A DNA stretch of 64,000 nucleotides from Mobula hypostoma (lineage: Eukaryota): assembly GCF_963921235.1 (NCBI RefSeq), contig NC_086108.1, forward strand, positions 117,182,001 through 117,246,000, written 5' to 3'. A model generated the notes under the pieces. The model searched no databases. It was not told the origin of the DNA and worked only from the letters and a program-made list of their open reading frames with translations. A program made the position numbers and the translations under genes. Positions within the stretch are counted from its first letter, which is position 1. The number at the start of each line of letters is the position of its first letter. Below, piece after piece: positions 1 through 11,400 of this stretch.

Positions 1-759
1 AGGTGGACACGGTGTCAGTGAACCACAGAGTGGACAGGTGGACGGGGTGTCAGTGAACCACAGAGTGGACAGGTGGACACGGTGTCAGTGAACCACAGAG
101 TGGACAGGTGGACACGGTGTCAGTGAACCACAGAGTGGACAGGTGGACACGGTGTCAGTGAACCACAGAGTGGACAGGTGGATGGTGTGTCAGTGAACCA
201 CAGAGTGGACAGGTGGACACGGTGTCAGTGAACCACAGAGTGGACAGGTGGACGGGGTGTCAGTGAACCACAGAGTGGACAGGTGGATGGGGTGTCAGTG
301 AACCACAGAGTGGACAGGTGGACACGGTGTCTGTGAACCACAGAGTGGACAGGTGGAGTTGGTGTCAGTGAACCACAGAGTGGACAGGTGGACGGGGTGT
401 CTGTGAACCACAGAGTGGACAGGTGGACACGGTGTTAGTGAACCACAGAGTGGACAGGTGGATGGGGTGTCAGTGAACCACAGAGTGGACAGGTGGACAC
501 GGTGTCAGTGCACCACAGAGTGGATAGGTGGACACGGTGTTTGTTAACCACAGAGTGGACAGGTGGACACGGTGACAGTGAACCACAGAGTAGACAGGTG
601 GACACGGTGACAGTGAACCACAAAGTGGACAGCTGGACACGGTGTCAGTGAAACACAGAGTGGACAGGTGGACACGGTGTCAGTGAACCACAGAGTGGAC
701 AGGTGGACAGGGTGTCAGTGAACCACAGAGTGGACAGGTGGACACGGTGTCAGTGAACC

Positions 760-3700
760 ACAGAGTGGACAGGTGGACGGGGTGTCAGTGAACCACAGAG
801 TGGACAGGTGGACGGGGTGTCAGTGAACCACAGAGTGGACAGGTGGACGGGGTGTCAGTGAACCACAGAGTGCACAGGTGGACGGGGTGTCAGAGTACCA
901 CAGAGCGGACAGGTGGACGGGGTGTCAGTGAACCACATAGTGGACAGGTGGACGGGGTGTCAGTGAACCACAGAGTGCACAGGTGGACGGGGTGTCAGTG
1001 AACCACAGAGTGCACAGGAGGACACGGTGTCAGTGAACCACAGAGTGGACAGGTGGACACGGTGTCAGTGAACCACAGAGTGGACAGGTGGACACGGTGT
1101 CAGTGAACCACAGAGTGGACAGGTGGACACGGTGTCAGTGAACCACAGAGTGGACAGGTGGACGGGGTGTCAGTGAACCACAGAGTGGACAGGTGGACGG
1201 GGTGTCAGTGAACCACAGAGTGGACAGGTGGACACGGTGTCAGTGAACCACATAGTGGACAGGTGGACGGGGTGTCAGTGAACCACAGAGTGGACAGGTG
1301 GACACGGTGTCAGTGAACCACAGAGTGGACAGGTGGACACGGTGTCAGTGAACCACAGAGTGGACAGGTGGACACGGTGAAAGTGAAGCACAGAGTAGAC
1401 AGGTGGACGGGTTGACAGTGAACCACAGAGTGGACAGGTGGACACGGTGTCAGTGAACCACAGAGTGGACAGGTGGACGGGATGTCAGTGAACCACAGAG
1501 TGGACAGGTGGACACGGTGTTTGTTAACCACAGAGTGGACAGGTGGACACGGTGATAGTGAACCACAGAGTGGACAGGTGGACACCGTGTCAGTGAACCA
1601 CAGAGTGGACAGGTGGACACGGTGATAGTGAACCACAGAGTGGTCAGGTGGACACCGTGTCAGTGAACCACAGAGTGGACAGGTGGACACGGTGTCAGTG
1701 AACCACAGAGTGGACAGGTGGACACGGTGACAGTGAAGCACAGAGTGGACAGGTGGACGGGTTGACAGTGAACCACAGAGTGGACAGGTGGACACGGTGA
1801 CAGTGAACCACAGAGTAGACAGCTGGACACGGTGTCAGTGAAACACAGAGTAGACAGGTGGACACGGTGTCAGTGAACCACAGAGTGGACAGGTGGACAC
1901 GGTGTCAGTGAACCACAGAGTGGACAGGTGGACGGGGTGTCAGTGAACCACAGAGTGGACAGGTGGACACGGTGTCAGTGAACCACAGAGTGGACAGGTG
2001 GACACGGTGACAGTGAACCACAGAGTGGACAGGTGGACACGGTGACAGTGAACCACAGAGTGGACAGGTGGACGGGGTGTCAGTGAACCACAGAGTGGAC
2101 AGGTGGACGGGGTGTCAGTGAACCACAGAGTGGACAGGTGGACACGGTGTCAGTGAACCACAGAGTGGACAGGTGGACACGGTGTCAGTGAACCACAGAG
2201 TGGACAGGTGGACACGGTGTCAGTGAACCACAGAGTGGACAGGTGGACACGGTGTCAGTGAACCACAGAGTGGACAGGTGGACGGGGTGTCAGTGAACCA
2301 CAGAGTGGACAGGTGGACGGGGTGTCAGTGAACCACAGAGTGGACAGGTGGACGGGGTGTCAGTGAACCACAGAGTGGACAGGTGGACACGGTGTCAGTG
2401 AACCACAGAGTGGACAGGTGGACACGGTGACAGTGAACCACAGAGTGGACAGGTGGACGGGTTGACAGTGAACCACAGAGTGGACAGGTGGACACGGTGA
2501 CAGTGAACCACAGAGTGGACAGGTGGACACGGTGTCAGTGAACCACAGAGTGGACAGGTGGACGGGGTGTCAGTGAACCACAGAGTGGACAGGTGGACGG
2601 GGTGTCAGTGAACCACAGAGTGGACAGGTGGACGGGGTGTCAGTGAACCACAGAGTGGACAGGTGGACGGGGTGTCAGAGTACCACAGAGCGGACAAGTG
2701 GACGGGGTGTCAGTGAACCACATAGTGGACAGGTGGACGGGGTGTCAGTGAACCACAGAGTGGACAGGTGGACGGGGTGTCAGTGAACCACAGAGTGGAC
2801 AGGTGGACACGGTGTCAGTGAACCACAGAGTGGACAGGTGGACACGGTGTCAGTGAACCACAGAGTGGACAGGTGGACACGGTGTCAGTGAACCACAGAG
2901 TGGACAGGTGGACACGGTGTCAGTGAACCACAGAGTGGACAGGTGGACGGGGTGTCAGTGAACCACAGAGTGGACAGGTGGACGGGGTGTCAGTGAACCA
3001 CAGAGTGGACAGGTGGACACGGTGTCAGTGAACCACAGAGTGGACAGGTGGACGGGGTGTCAGTGAACCACAGAGTGGACAGGTGGACACGGTGTCAGTG
3101 AACCACAGAGTGGACAGGTGGACACGGTGTCAGTGAACCACAGAGTGGACAGGTGGACACGGTGAAAGTGAAGCACAGAGTAGACAGGTGGACGGGTTGA
3201 CAGTGAACCACAGAGTGGACAGGTGGACACGGTGTCAGTGAACCACAGAGTGGACAGGTGGACGGGATGTCAGTGAACCACAGAGTGGACAGGTGGACAC
3301 GGTGTTTGTTAACCACAGAGTGGACAGGTGGACACGGTGATAGTGAACCACAGAGTGGACAGGTGGACACCGTGTCAGTGAACCACAGAGTGGACAGGTG
3401 GACACGGTGATAGTGAACCACAGAGTGGTCAGGTGGACACCGTGTCAGTGAACCACAGAGTGGACAGGTGGACACGGTGTCAGTGAACCACAGAGTGGAC
3501 AGGTGGTCACGGTGACAGTGAAGCACAGAGTGGACAGGTGGACGGGTTGACAGTGAACCACAGAGTGGACAGGTGGACACGGTGACAGTGAACCACAGAG
3601 TAGACAGCTGGACACGGTGTCAGTGAAACACAGAGTAGACAGGTGGACACGGTGTCAGTGAACCACAGAGTGGACAGGTGGACACGGTGTCAGTGAACCA

Positions 3701-4330
3701 CAGAGTGGACAGGTGGACGGGGTGTCAGAGTACCACAGCGTGGACAGGTGGACACGGTGTCAGTGAACCACAGAGTGGACAGGTGGACACGGTGACAGTG
3801 AACCACAGAGTGGACAGGTGGACACGGTGTCAGTGAACCACAGAGTGGACAGGTGGACGGGGTGTCAGTGAACCACAGAGTGGACAGGTGGACGGGGTGT
3901 CAGTGAACCACAGAGTGGACAGGTGGACACGGTGTCAGTGAACCACATAGTGGACAGGTGGACACGGTGTCAGTGAACCACATAGTGGACAGGTGGACAC
4001 GGTGTCAGTGAACCACAGAGTGGACAGGTGGACACGGTGTCAGTAAACCACAGAGTAGACAGGTGGACGGGGTGTCAGTGAACCACAGAGTGGACAGGTG
4101 GACGGGGTGTCAGTGAACCACAGAGTGGACAGGTGGACGGGGTGTCAGTGAACCACAGAGTGGACAGGTGGACACGGTGACAGTGAAGCACAGAGTGGAC
4201 AGGTGGACGGGTTGACAGTGAACCACAGAGTGGACAGGTGGACACGGTGACAGTGAACCACAGAGTGGACAGGTGGACACGGTGTCAGTGAACCACATAG
4301 TGGACAGGTGTACACGGTGTCAATGAACCA
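760..4330 (+). repeat. Higher-order tandem duplication, period 1785 bp (51 monomers)
   Basis: Markers recur at a 1785-bp offset: CAGAGTACCACAGAGCGG at 891/2676 and GAAAGTGAAGC at 1379/3164. Near-identical ORFs 1310-1795 and 3095-3580 have the same offset. Boundaries are approximate. Confidence 0.85.
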
Positions 4331-7300
4331 CATAGTGTACAGGTGGACACGGTGTCAGTGAACCACAGAGTGGACAGGTGGACACGGTGTCAGTGAACCA
4401 CAGAGTGGACAGGTGGACACAGTGTCAGTAAACCACAGAGTAGACAGGTGGACGGGGTGTCAGTGAACCACAGAGTGGACAGGTGGACGGGGTGTCAGTG
4501 AACCACAGAGTGGACAGGTGGACACGGTGTCAGTGAACCACAGAGTGGACAGGTGGACACGGTGTCAGTGAACCACAGAGTGGACAGGTGGACACTGATA
4601 GTGAACCACAGAGTGGACAGGTGGACACCGTGTCAGTGAACCACAGAGTGGACAGGTGGACACGGTGATAGTGAACCACAGAGTGGACAGGTGGACACCA
4701 TGTCAGTGAACCACAGAGTGGACAGGTGGACACGGTGTCAGTGAACCACAGAGTGGACAGGTGGACACGGTGACAGTGAAGCACAGAGTGGACAGGTGGA
4801 CGGGTTGACAGTGAACCACAGAGTGGACAGGTGGACACGGTGACAGTGAACCACAGAGTGGACAGGTGGACACGGTGACAGTGAACCACAGAGTGGACAG
4901 GTGGACACGGTGTCAGTGAACCACAGAGTGGACAGGTGGACACGGTGTCAGTGAACCACAGAGTGGACAGGTGGATGGGGTGTCAGTGAACCACAGAGTG
5001 GACAGGTGGACACGGTGACAGTGAACCACAGAGTGGACAGCTGGACACGGTGTCAGTGAACCACAGAGTGGACAGGTGGACACGGTGTCAATGAACCACA
5101 TAGTGGACAGGTGGACACGGTGTCAGTGAACCACAGAGTGGACAGGTGGACACGGTGTCAGTGAACCACAGAGTGGACAGGTGGACGGGGTGTCAGTGAA
5201 CCACAGAGTGGACAGGTGGACGGGGTGTCAGTGAACCACAGAGTGGACAGGTGGACGGGGTGTCAGTGAACCACAGAGTGGACAGGTGGACACGGTGTCA
5301 GTGAACCACAGAGTGGACAGGTGGACACGGTGTCAGTGAACCACATAGTGGACAGGTGGACACGGTGTCAGTGAACCACAGAGTGGACAGGTGGACACGG
5401 TGTCAGTGAACCACAGAGTGGACAGGTGGACGGGGTGTCAGTGAACCACAGAGTGGACAGGTGGACGGGGTGTCAGTGAACCACAGAGTGGACAGGTGCA
5501 CGGGGTGTCAGTGAACCACAGAGTGGACAGGTGGACACAGTGTCAGTGAACCACAGAGTGGACAGGTGGACGGGTTGACAGTGAACCACAGAGTGGACAG
5601 GTGGACACGGTGTCAGTGAACCACAGAGTGGACAGGTGGACGGGGTGTCAGTGAACCACAGAGTGGACAGGTGGACACGGTGTTTGTTAACCACAGAGTG
5701 GACAGGTGGACACGGTGATAGTGAACCACAGAGTGGACAGGTGGACACCGTGTCAGTGAACCACAGAGTGGACAGGTGGACACGGTGTCAGTGAACCACA
5801 GAGTGGACAGGTGGACACGGTGACAGTGAAGCACAGAGTGGACAGGTGGACGGGTTGACAGTGAACCACAGAGTGGACAGGTGGACACGGTGACAGTGAA
5901 CCACAGAGTGGACAGGTGGACACGGTGTTTGTTAACCACAGAGTGGACAGGTGGACACGGTGATAGTGAACCACAGAGTGGACAGGTGGACACCGTGTCA
6001 GTGAACCACAGAGTGGACAGGTGGACACGGTGTCAGTGAAGCACAGAGTGGACAGGTGGACACGGTGACAGTGAAGCACAGAGTGGACAGGTGGACGGGT
6101 TGACAGTGAACCACAGAGTGGACAGTTGGACGGGGTGTCAGTGAACCACATAGTGGACAGGTGGACGGGGTGTCAGTGAACCACAGAGTGGACAGGTGGA
6201 CGGGGTGTCAGTGAACCACAGAGTGGACAGGTGAACGGGGTGTCAGTGAACCACAGAGTGGACAGGTGGACACGGTGACAGTGAACCACAGAGTGGACAG
6301 GTGAACGGGGTGTCAGTGAACCACAGAGTGGACAGGTGAACGGGGTGTCAGTGAACCACAGAGTGGACAGTTGGACGGGGTGTCAGTGAACCACATAGTG
6401 GACAGGTGGACGGGGTGCCAGTGAACCACAGAGTGCACAGGTGGACACGGTGACAGTGAACCACAGAGTGGACAGGTGGACACGGTGTCAGTGAACCACA
6501 TAGTGGACAGGTGGACACGGTGTCAGTGAACCACAGAGTGGACAGGTGGACACGGTGTCAGTAAACCACAGAGTAGACAGGTGGACGGGGTGTCAGTGAA
6601 CCACAGAGTGGACAGGTGGACGGGGTGTCAGTGAACCAAAGAGTGGACAGGTGGACACGGTGTATGTTAACCACAGAGTGGACAGGTGGACACGGTGATA
6701 GTGAACCACAGAGTGGACAGGTGGACACCGTGTCAGTGAACCACAGAGTGGACAGGTGGACACGGTGATAGAGAACCACAGAGTGGACAGGTGGACACCG
6801 TGTCAGTGAACCACATAGTGGACAGGTGGACTCGGTGTCAGTGAACCACAGAGTGGACAGGTGGACGGGGTGTCAGTGAACCACAGAGTGGACAGGTGGA
6901 CACGGTGTCAGTGAACCACAGAGTGGACAGGTGGACACGGTGACAGTGAAGCACAGAGTGGACAGGTGGACGGGTTGACAGTGAACCACAGAGTGGACAG
7001 GTGGACACGGTGTCAGTGAACCACAGAGTGGACAGGTGGACATGGTGACAGTGAACCACAGAGTGGACAGGTGTACACGGTGTCAGTGAACCACAGAGTG
7101 GACAGGTGGAAACGTTGACAGTGAAGCACACAGTGGACAGGTGGACGGGGTGTCACTGAACCACAGAGTGGACAGGTGGACGGGGTGACAGTGAACCACA
7201 GAGTGGACAGGTAGACACGGTGTCCGTGAACCACAGAGTGCGCAGGTGGACGGGCTGTCAGTGAACCACTGAGTGGACGGGTGGACGGGGTGTCAGTGAA

Positions 7301-8699
7301 CCACTGAGTGGACAGGTGGACGGGGAGTCAGTGAACAACGGAGCAGACAGGTGGACACGGTGTCAGTGAAGCACAGAGTGGACAGGTGGACGGTGTGTCA
7401 GTGAACCACAGAGTGGACAGGTGGACACGGTGTCAGTGAACCACAGAGTGGACAGGTGAAAACGGTGTCAGTGAACCACAGAGTGGATGTTGGACACGGT
7501 GTCAGTGAACCACAGCGTGGACAGGTGGACGGGGTGTCAGTGAACCACAAAGTGGACAGGTGGATGGGGTGTCTGTTAACCAGAGAGTGGACAGGTGGAC
7601 ACGGTGTCAGTGAACCACATAGTGGACAGGTGGATACGGTGTCAGTGAACCACAGAGTGGACAGGTGGACGGGTTGTCAGTGAACCACAGAGTGGACAGG
7701 TGGACACGGTGTCAGTGCACCACAGTGTGGACATGTGAACACAGTGTTTGTTAACCACAGAGTGGACAGGTGGACACGGTGTCAGTGAACCACAGAGTGG
7801 ACAGGTGGACGGGGTGCCAGAGTACCACAGCGTGGACGGGTGGACGGGGTGTCAGTGAACCACAGAGTGGACAGTTGGACGGTGTGTCAGTGAACCACAT
7901 AGTGGACAGGTGGACGAGGTGTCAGTGAACCACAGAGTGGACAGGTGGACACGGTGTCAGTGAACCACAGAGTGGACAGGTGGACACGGTGTCAGTGAAC
8001 CACATAGTGGACAGGTGGACACGGTGTCAGTGAACCACAGAGTGGACAGGTGGACACGGTGTCAGTTAACCACAGAGTAGACAGGTGGACGGGGTGTCAG
8101 TGAACCACAGAGTGGACAGGTGGACGGGGTGTCAGTGCACCACAGAGTGGACATGTGGACGGGGTGTCTGTGAACCACAGAGTGGACAGGTAGACAAGGT
8201 GTCAGTGAACCACAGAATGGACAGGTGGACGGGGTGTCAGTGAACCACAGAGTGGACAGGTGGACACGGTTTCAGTGACCCAGAGAGTGGACAGGTAGAC
8301 ACGGTGTCAGTGAACCACAGAGTGGACAGGTGGACGGGGTGTCAGTGAACCACAGAGTGGACAGGTGGACGGGGTGTCACTGAACCACAGAGTGGACAGG
8401 TGGACACGGTGTCAGTGAACCACAGCGTGGACAGGTGGACACGGTGTCAGTGAACCATAGAGTGGACAGGTGGACACGGTGTCAGTGAACCACAGAGTGG
8501 ACAGCTGGACGGGGAGTCAGTGAACAACAGAGCAGACAGGTGGATGGTGTGTCAGTGAACCACAGAGTGGACAGGTGGACACGGTGTCAGTGAACCACAT
8601 AGTAGACAGGTGGACACGGTGTCAGTGAACCACAGAGTGGACAGGTGGACGGGGTGTCAGTGAACCACAGTGTGGACAGGTGGACGGGGTGTCAGTGAA

Positions 8700-11400
8700 G
8701 CACAGAGTGGACAGGTGGACACGGTGTCAGTGAACCACAGAGTGGACAGGTGGACACGGTGTCAGTGAACCACAGAGTGGACAGGTGGATGGTGTGTCAG
8801 TGAACCACAGAGTGGACAGGTGGACACGGTGTCAGTGAACCACAGAGTGGACAGGTGGACGGGGTGTCAGTGAACCACAGAGTGGACAGGTGGATGGGGT
8901 GTCAGTGAACCACAGAGTGGACAGGTGGACACGGTGTCTGTGAACCACAGAGTGGACAGGTGGAGTTGGTGTCAGTGAACCACAGAGTGGACAGGTGGAC
9001 GGGGTGTCTGTGAACCACAGAGTGGACAGGTGGACACGGTGTCAGTGAACCACAGAGTGGACAGGTGGATGGGGTGTCAGTGAACCACAGAGTGGACAGG
9101 TGGACACGGTGTCAGTGCACCACAGAGTGGACAGGTGGACACGGTGTTTGTTAACCACAGAGTGGACAGGTGGACACGGTGACAGTGAACCACAGAGTAG
9201 ACAGGTGGACACGGTGACAGTGAACCACAAAGTGGACAGCTGGACACGGTGTCAGTGAAACACAGAGTGGACAGGTGGACACGGTGTCAGTGAACCACAG
9301 AGTGGACAGGTGGACAGGGTGTCAGTGAACCACAGAGTGGACAGGTGGACACGGTGTCAGTGAACCACAGAGTGGACAGGTGGACGGGGTGTCAGTGAAC
9401 CACAGAGTGGACAGGTGGACGGGGTGTCAGTGAACCACAGAGTGGACAGGTGGACGGGGTGTCAGTGAACCACAGAGTGCACAGGTGGAGGGGGTGTCAG
9501 AGTACCACAGAGCGGACAGGTGGACGGGGTGTCAGTGAACCACATAGTGGACAGGTGGACGGGGTGTCAGTGAACCACAGAGTGGACAGGTGGACGGGGT
9601 GTCAGTGAACCACAGAGTGCACAGGTGGACACGGTGTCAGTGAACCACAGAGTGGACAGGTGGACACGGTGTCAGTGAACCACAGAGTGGACAGGTGGAC
9701 ACGGTGTCAGTGAACCACAGAGTGGACAGGTGGACACGGTGTCAGTGAACCACAGAGTGGACAGGTGGACACGGTGTCAGTGAACCACAGAGTGGACAGG
9801 TGGACGGGGTGTCAGTGAACCACAGAGTGGACAGGTGGACGGGGTGTCAGTGAACCACAGAGTGGACAGGTGGACACGGTGTCAGTGAACCACAGAGTGG
9901 ACAGGTGGACGGGGTGTCAGTGAACCACAGAGTGGACAGGTGGACACGGTGTCAGTGAACCACATAGTGGACAGGTGGACGGGGTGTCAGTGAACCACAG
10001 AGTGGACAGGTGGACACGGTGTCAGTGAACCACAGAGTGGACAGGTGGACACGGTGTCAGTGAACCACAGAGTGGACAGGTGGACACGGTGAAAGTGAAG
10101 CACAGAGTAGACAGGTGGACGAGTTGACAGTGAACCACAGAGTGGACAGGTGGACACGGTGTCAGTGAACCACAGAGTGGACAGGTGGACGGGATGTCAG
10201 TGAACCACAGAGTCGACAGGTGGACACGGTGTTTGTTAACCACAGAGTGGACAGGTGGACACGGTGATAGTGAACCACAGAGTGGACAGGTGGACACGGT
10301 GTTTGTTAACCACAGAGTGGACAGGTGGACACGGTGATAGTGAACCACAGAGTGGACAGGTGGACACCGTGTCAGTGAACCACAGAGTGGACAGGTGGAC
10401 ACGGTGATAGTGAACCACAGAGTGGTCAGGTGGACACCGTGTCAGTGAACCACAGAGTGGACAGGTGGACACGGTGTCAGTGAACCACAGAGTGGACAGG
10501 TGGACACGGTGACAGTGAAGCACAGAGTGGACAGGTGGACGGGTTGACAGTGAACCACAGAGTGGACAGGTGGACACGGTGACAGTGAACCACAGAGTAG
10601 ACAGCTGGACACGGTGTCAGTGAAACACAGAGTGGACAGGTGGACACGGTGTCAGTGAACCACAGAGTGGACAGGTGGACACGGTGTCAGTGAACCACAG
10701 AGTGGACAGGTGGACGGGGTGTCAGTGTACCACAGAGTGGACAGGTGGACACGGTGTCAGTGAACCACAGAGTGGACAGGTGGACACGGTGTCAGTGAAC
10801 CACAGAGTGGACAGGTGGACACGGTGACAGTGAACCACAGAGTGGACAGGTGGACGGGGTGTCAGTGAACCACAGAGTGGACAGGTGGACGGGGTGTCAG
10901 TGAACCACAGAGTGGACAGGTGGACACGGTGTCAGTGAACCACAGAGTGGACAGGTGGACACGGTGTCAGTGAACCACAGAGTGGACAGGTGGACACGGT
11001 GTCAGTGAACCACAGAGTGGACAGGTGGACACGGTGTCAGTGAACCACAGAGTGGACAGGTGGACGGGGTGTCAGTGAACCACAGAGTGGACAGGTGGAC
11101 GGGGTGTCAGTGAACCACAGAGTGGACAGGTGGACGGGGTGTCAGTGAACCACAGAGTGGACAGGTGGACACGGTGACAGTGAAGCACAGAGTGGACAGG
11201 TGGACACGGTGTCAGTGAACCACAGAGTGGACAGGTGGACACGGTGTCAGTGAACCACAGAGTGGACAGGTGGACACGGTGACAGTGAAGCACAGAGTGG
11301 ACAGGTGGACGGGTTGACAGTGAACCACAGAGTGGACAGGTGGACACGGTGACAGTGAACCACAGAGTGGACAGGTGGACACGGTGTCAGTGAACCACAT
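8700..11400 (+). repeat. Dispersed copy of the block at ~100-2550 (offset 8607 bp = 246 monomers minus 3 bp, rising to 8712 and more as extra monomers are added)
   Basis: ORFs 435-623 and 9042-9230 are identical. The rare GGAGTTGGTG variant is at ~355 and ~8962, and GAAAGTGAAG is at 1379 and 10091. Confidence 0.85.

Noticed and set aside
8..30. V(D)J RSS heptamer-like sequences (CACGGTG, CACAGAG, occasional CACAGTG)
   Set aside because: There is no ACAAAAACC-like nonamer at 12 or 23 bp spacing and no V, D or J segments.
1..175. Nucleosome-length (5x35 = 175 bp) or 3-monomer (105 bp) fixed higher-order periodicity
   Set aside because: Observed duplication sizes (4, 8, 11, 16, 17, 46, 51, 54, 63, 113 monomers and others) show no consistent multiple of 3 or 5.
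4591..4601. Isolated single indel monomers (e.g. -2 at ~4596, -1 at ~35995, +1 at ~51336, -2 at ~56388)
   Set aside because: These are singletons not shared by paralogous HOR copies and cannot be distinguished from sequencing error.
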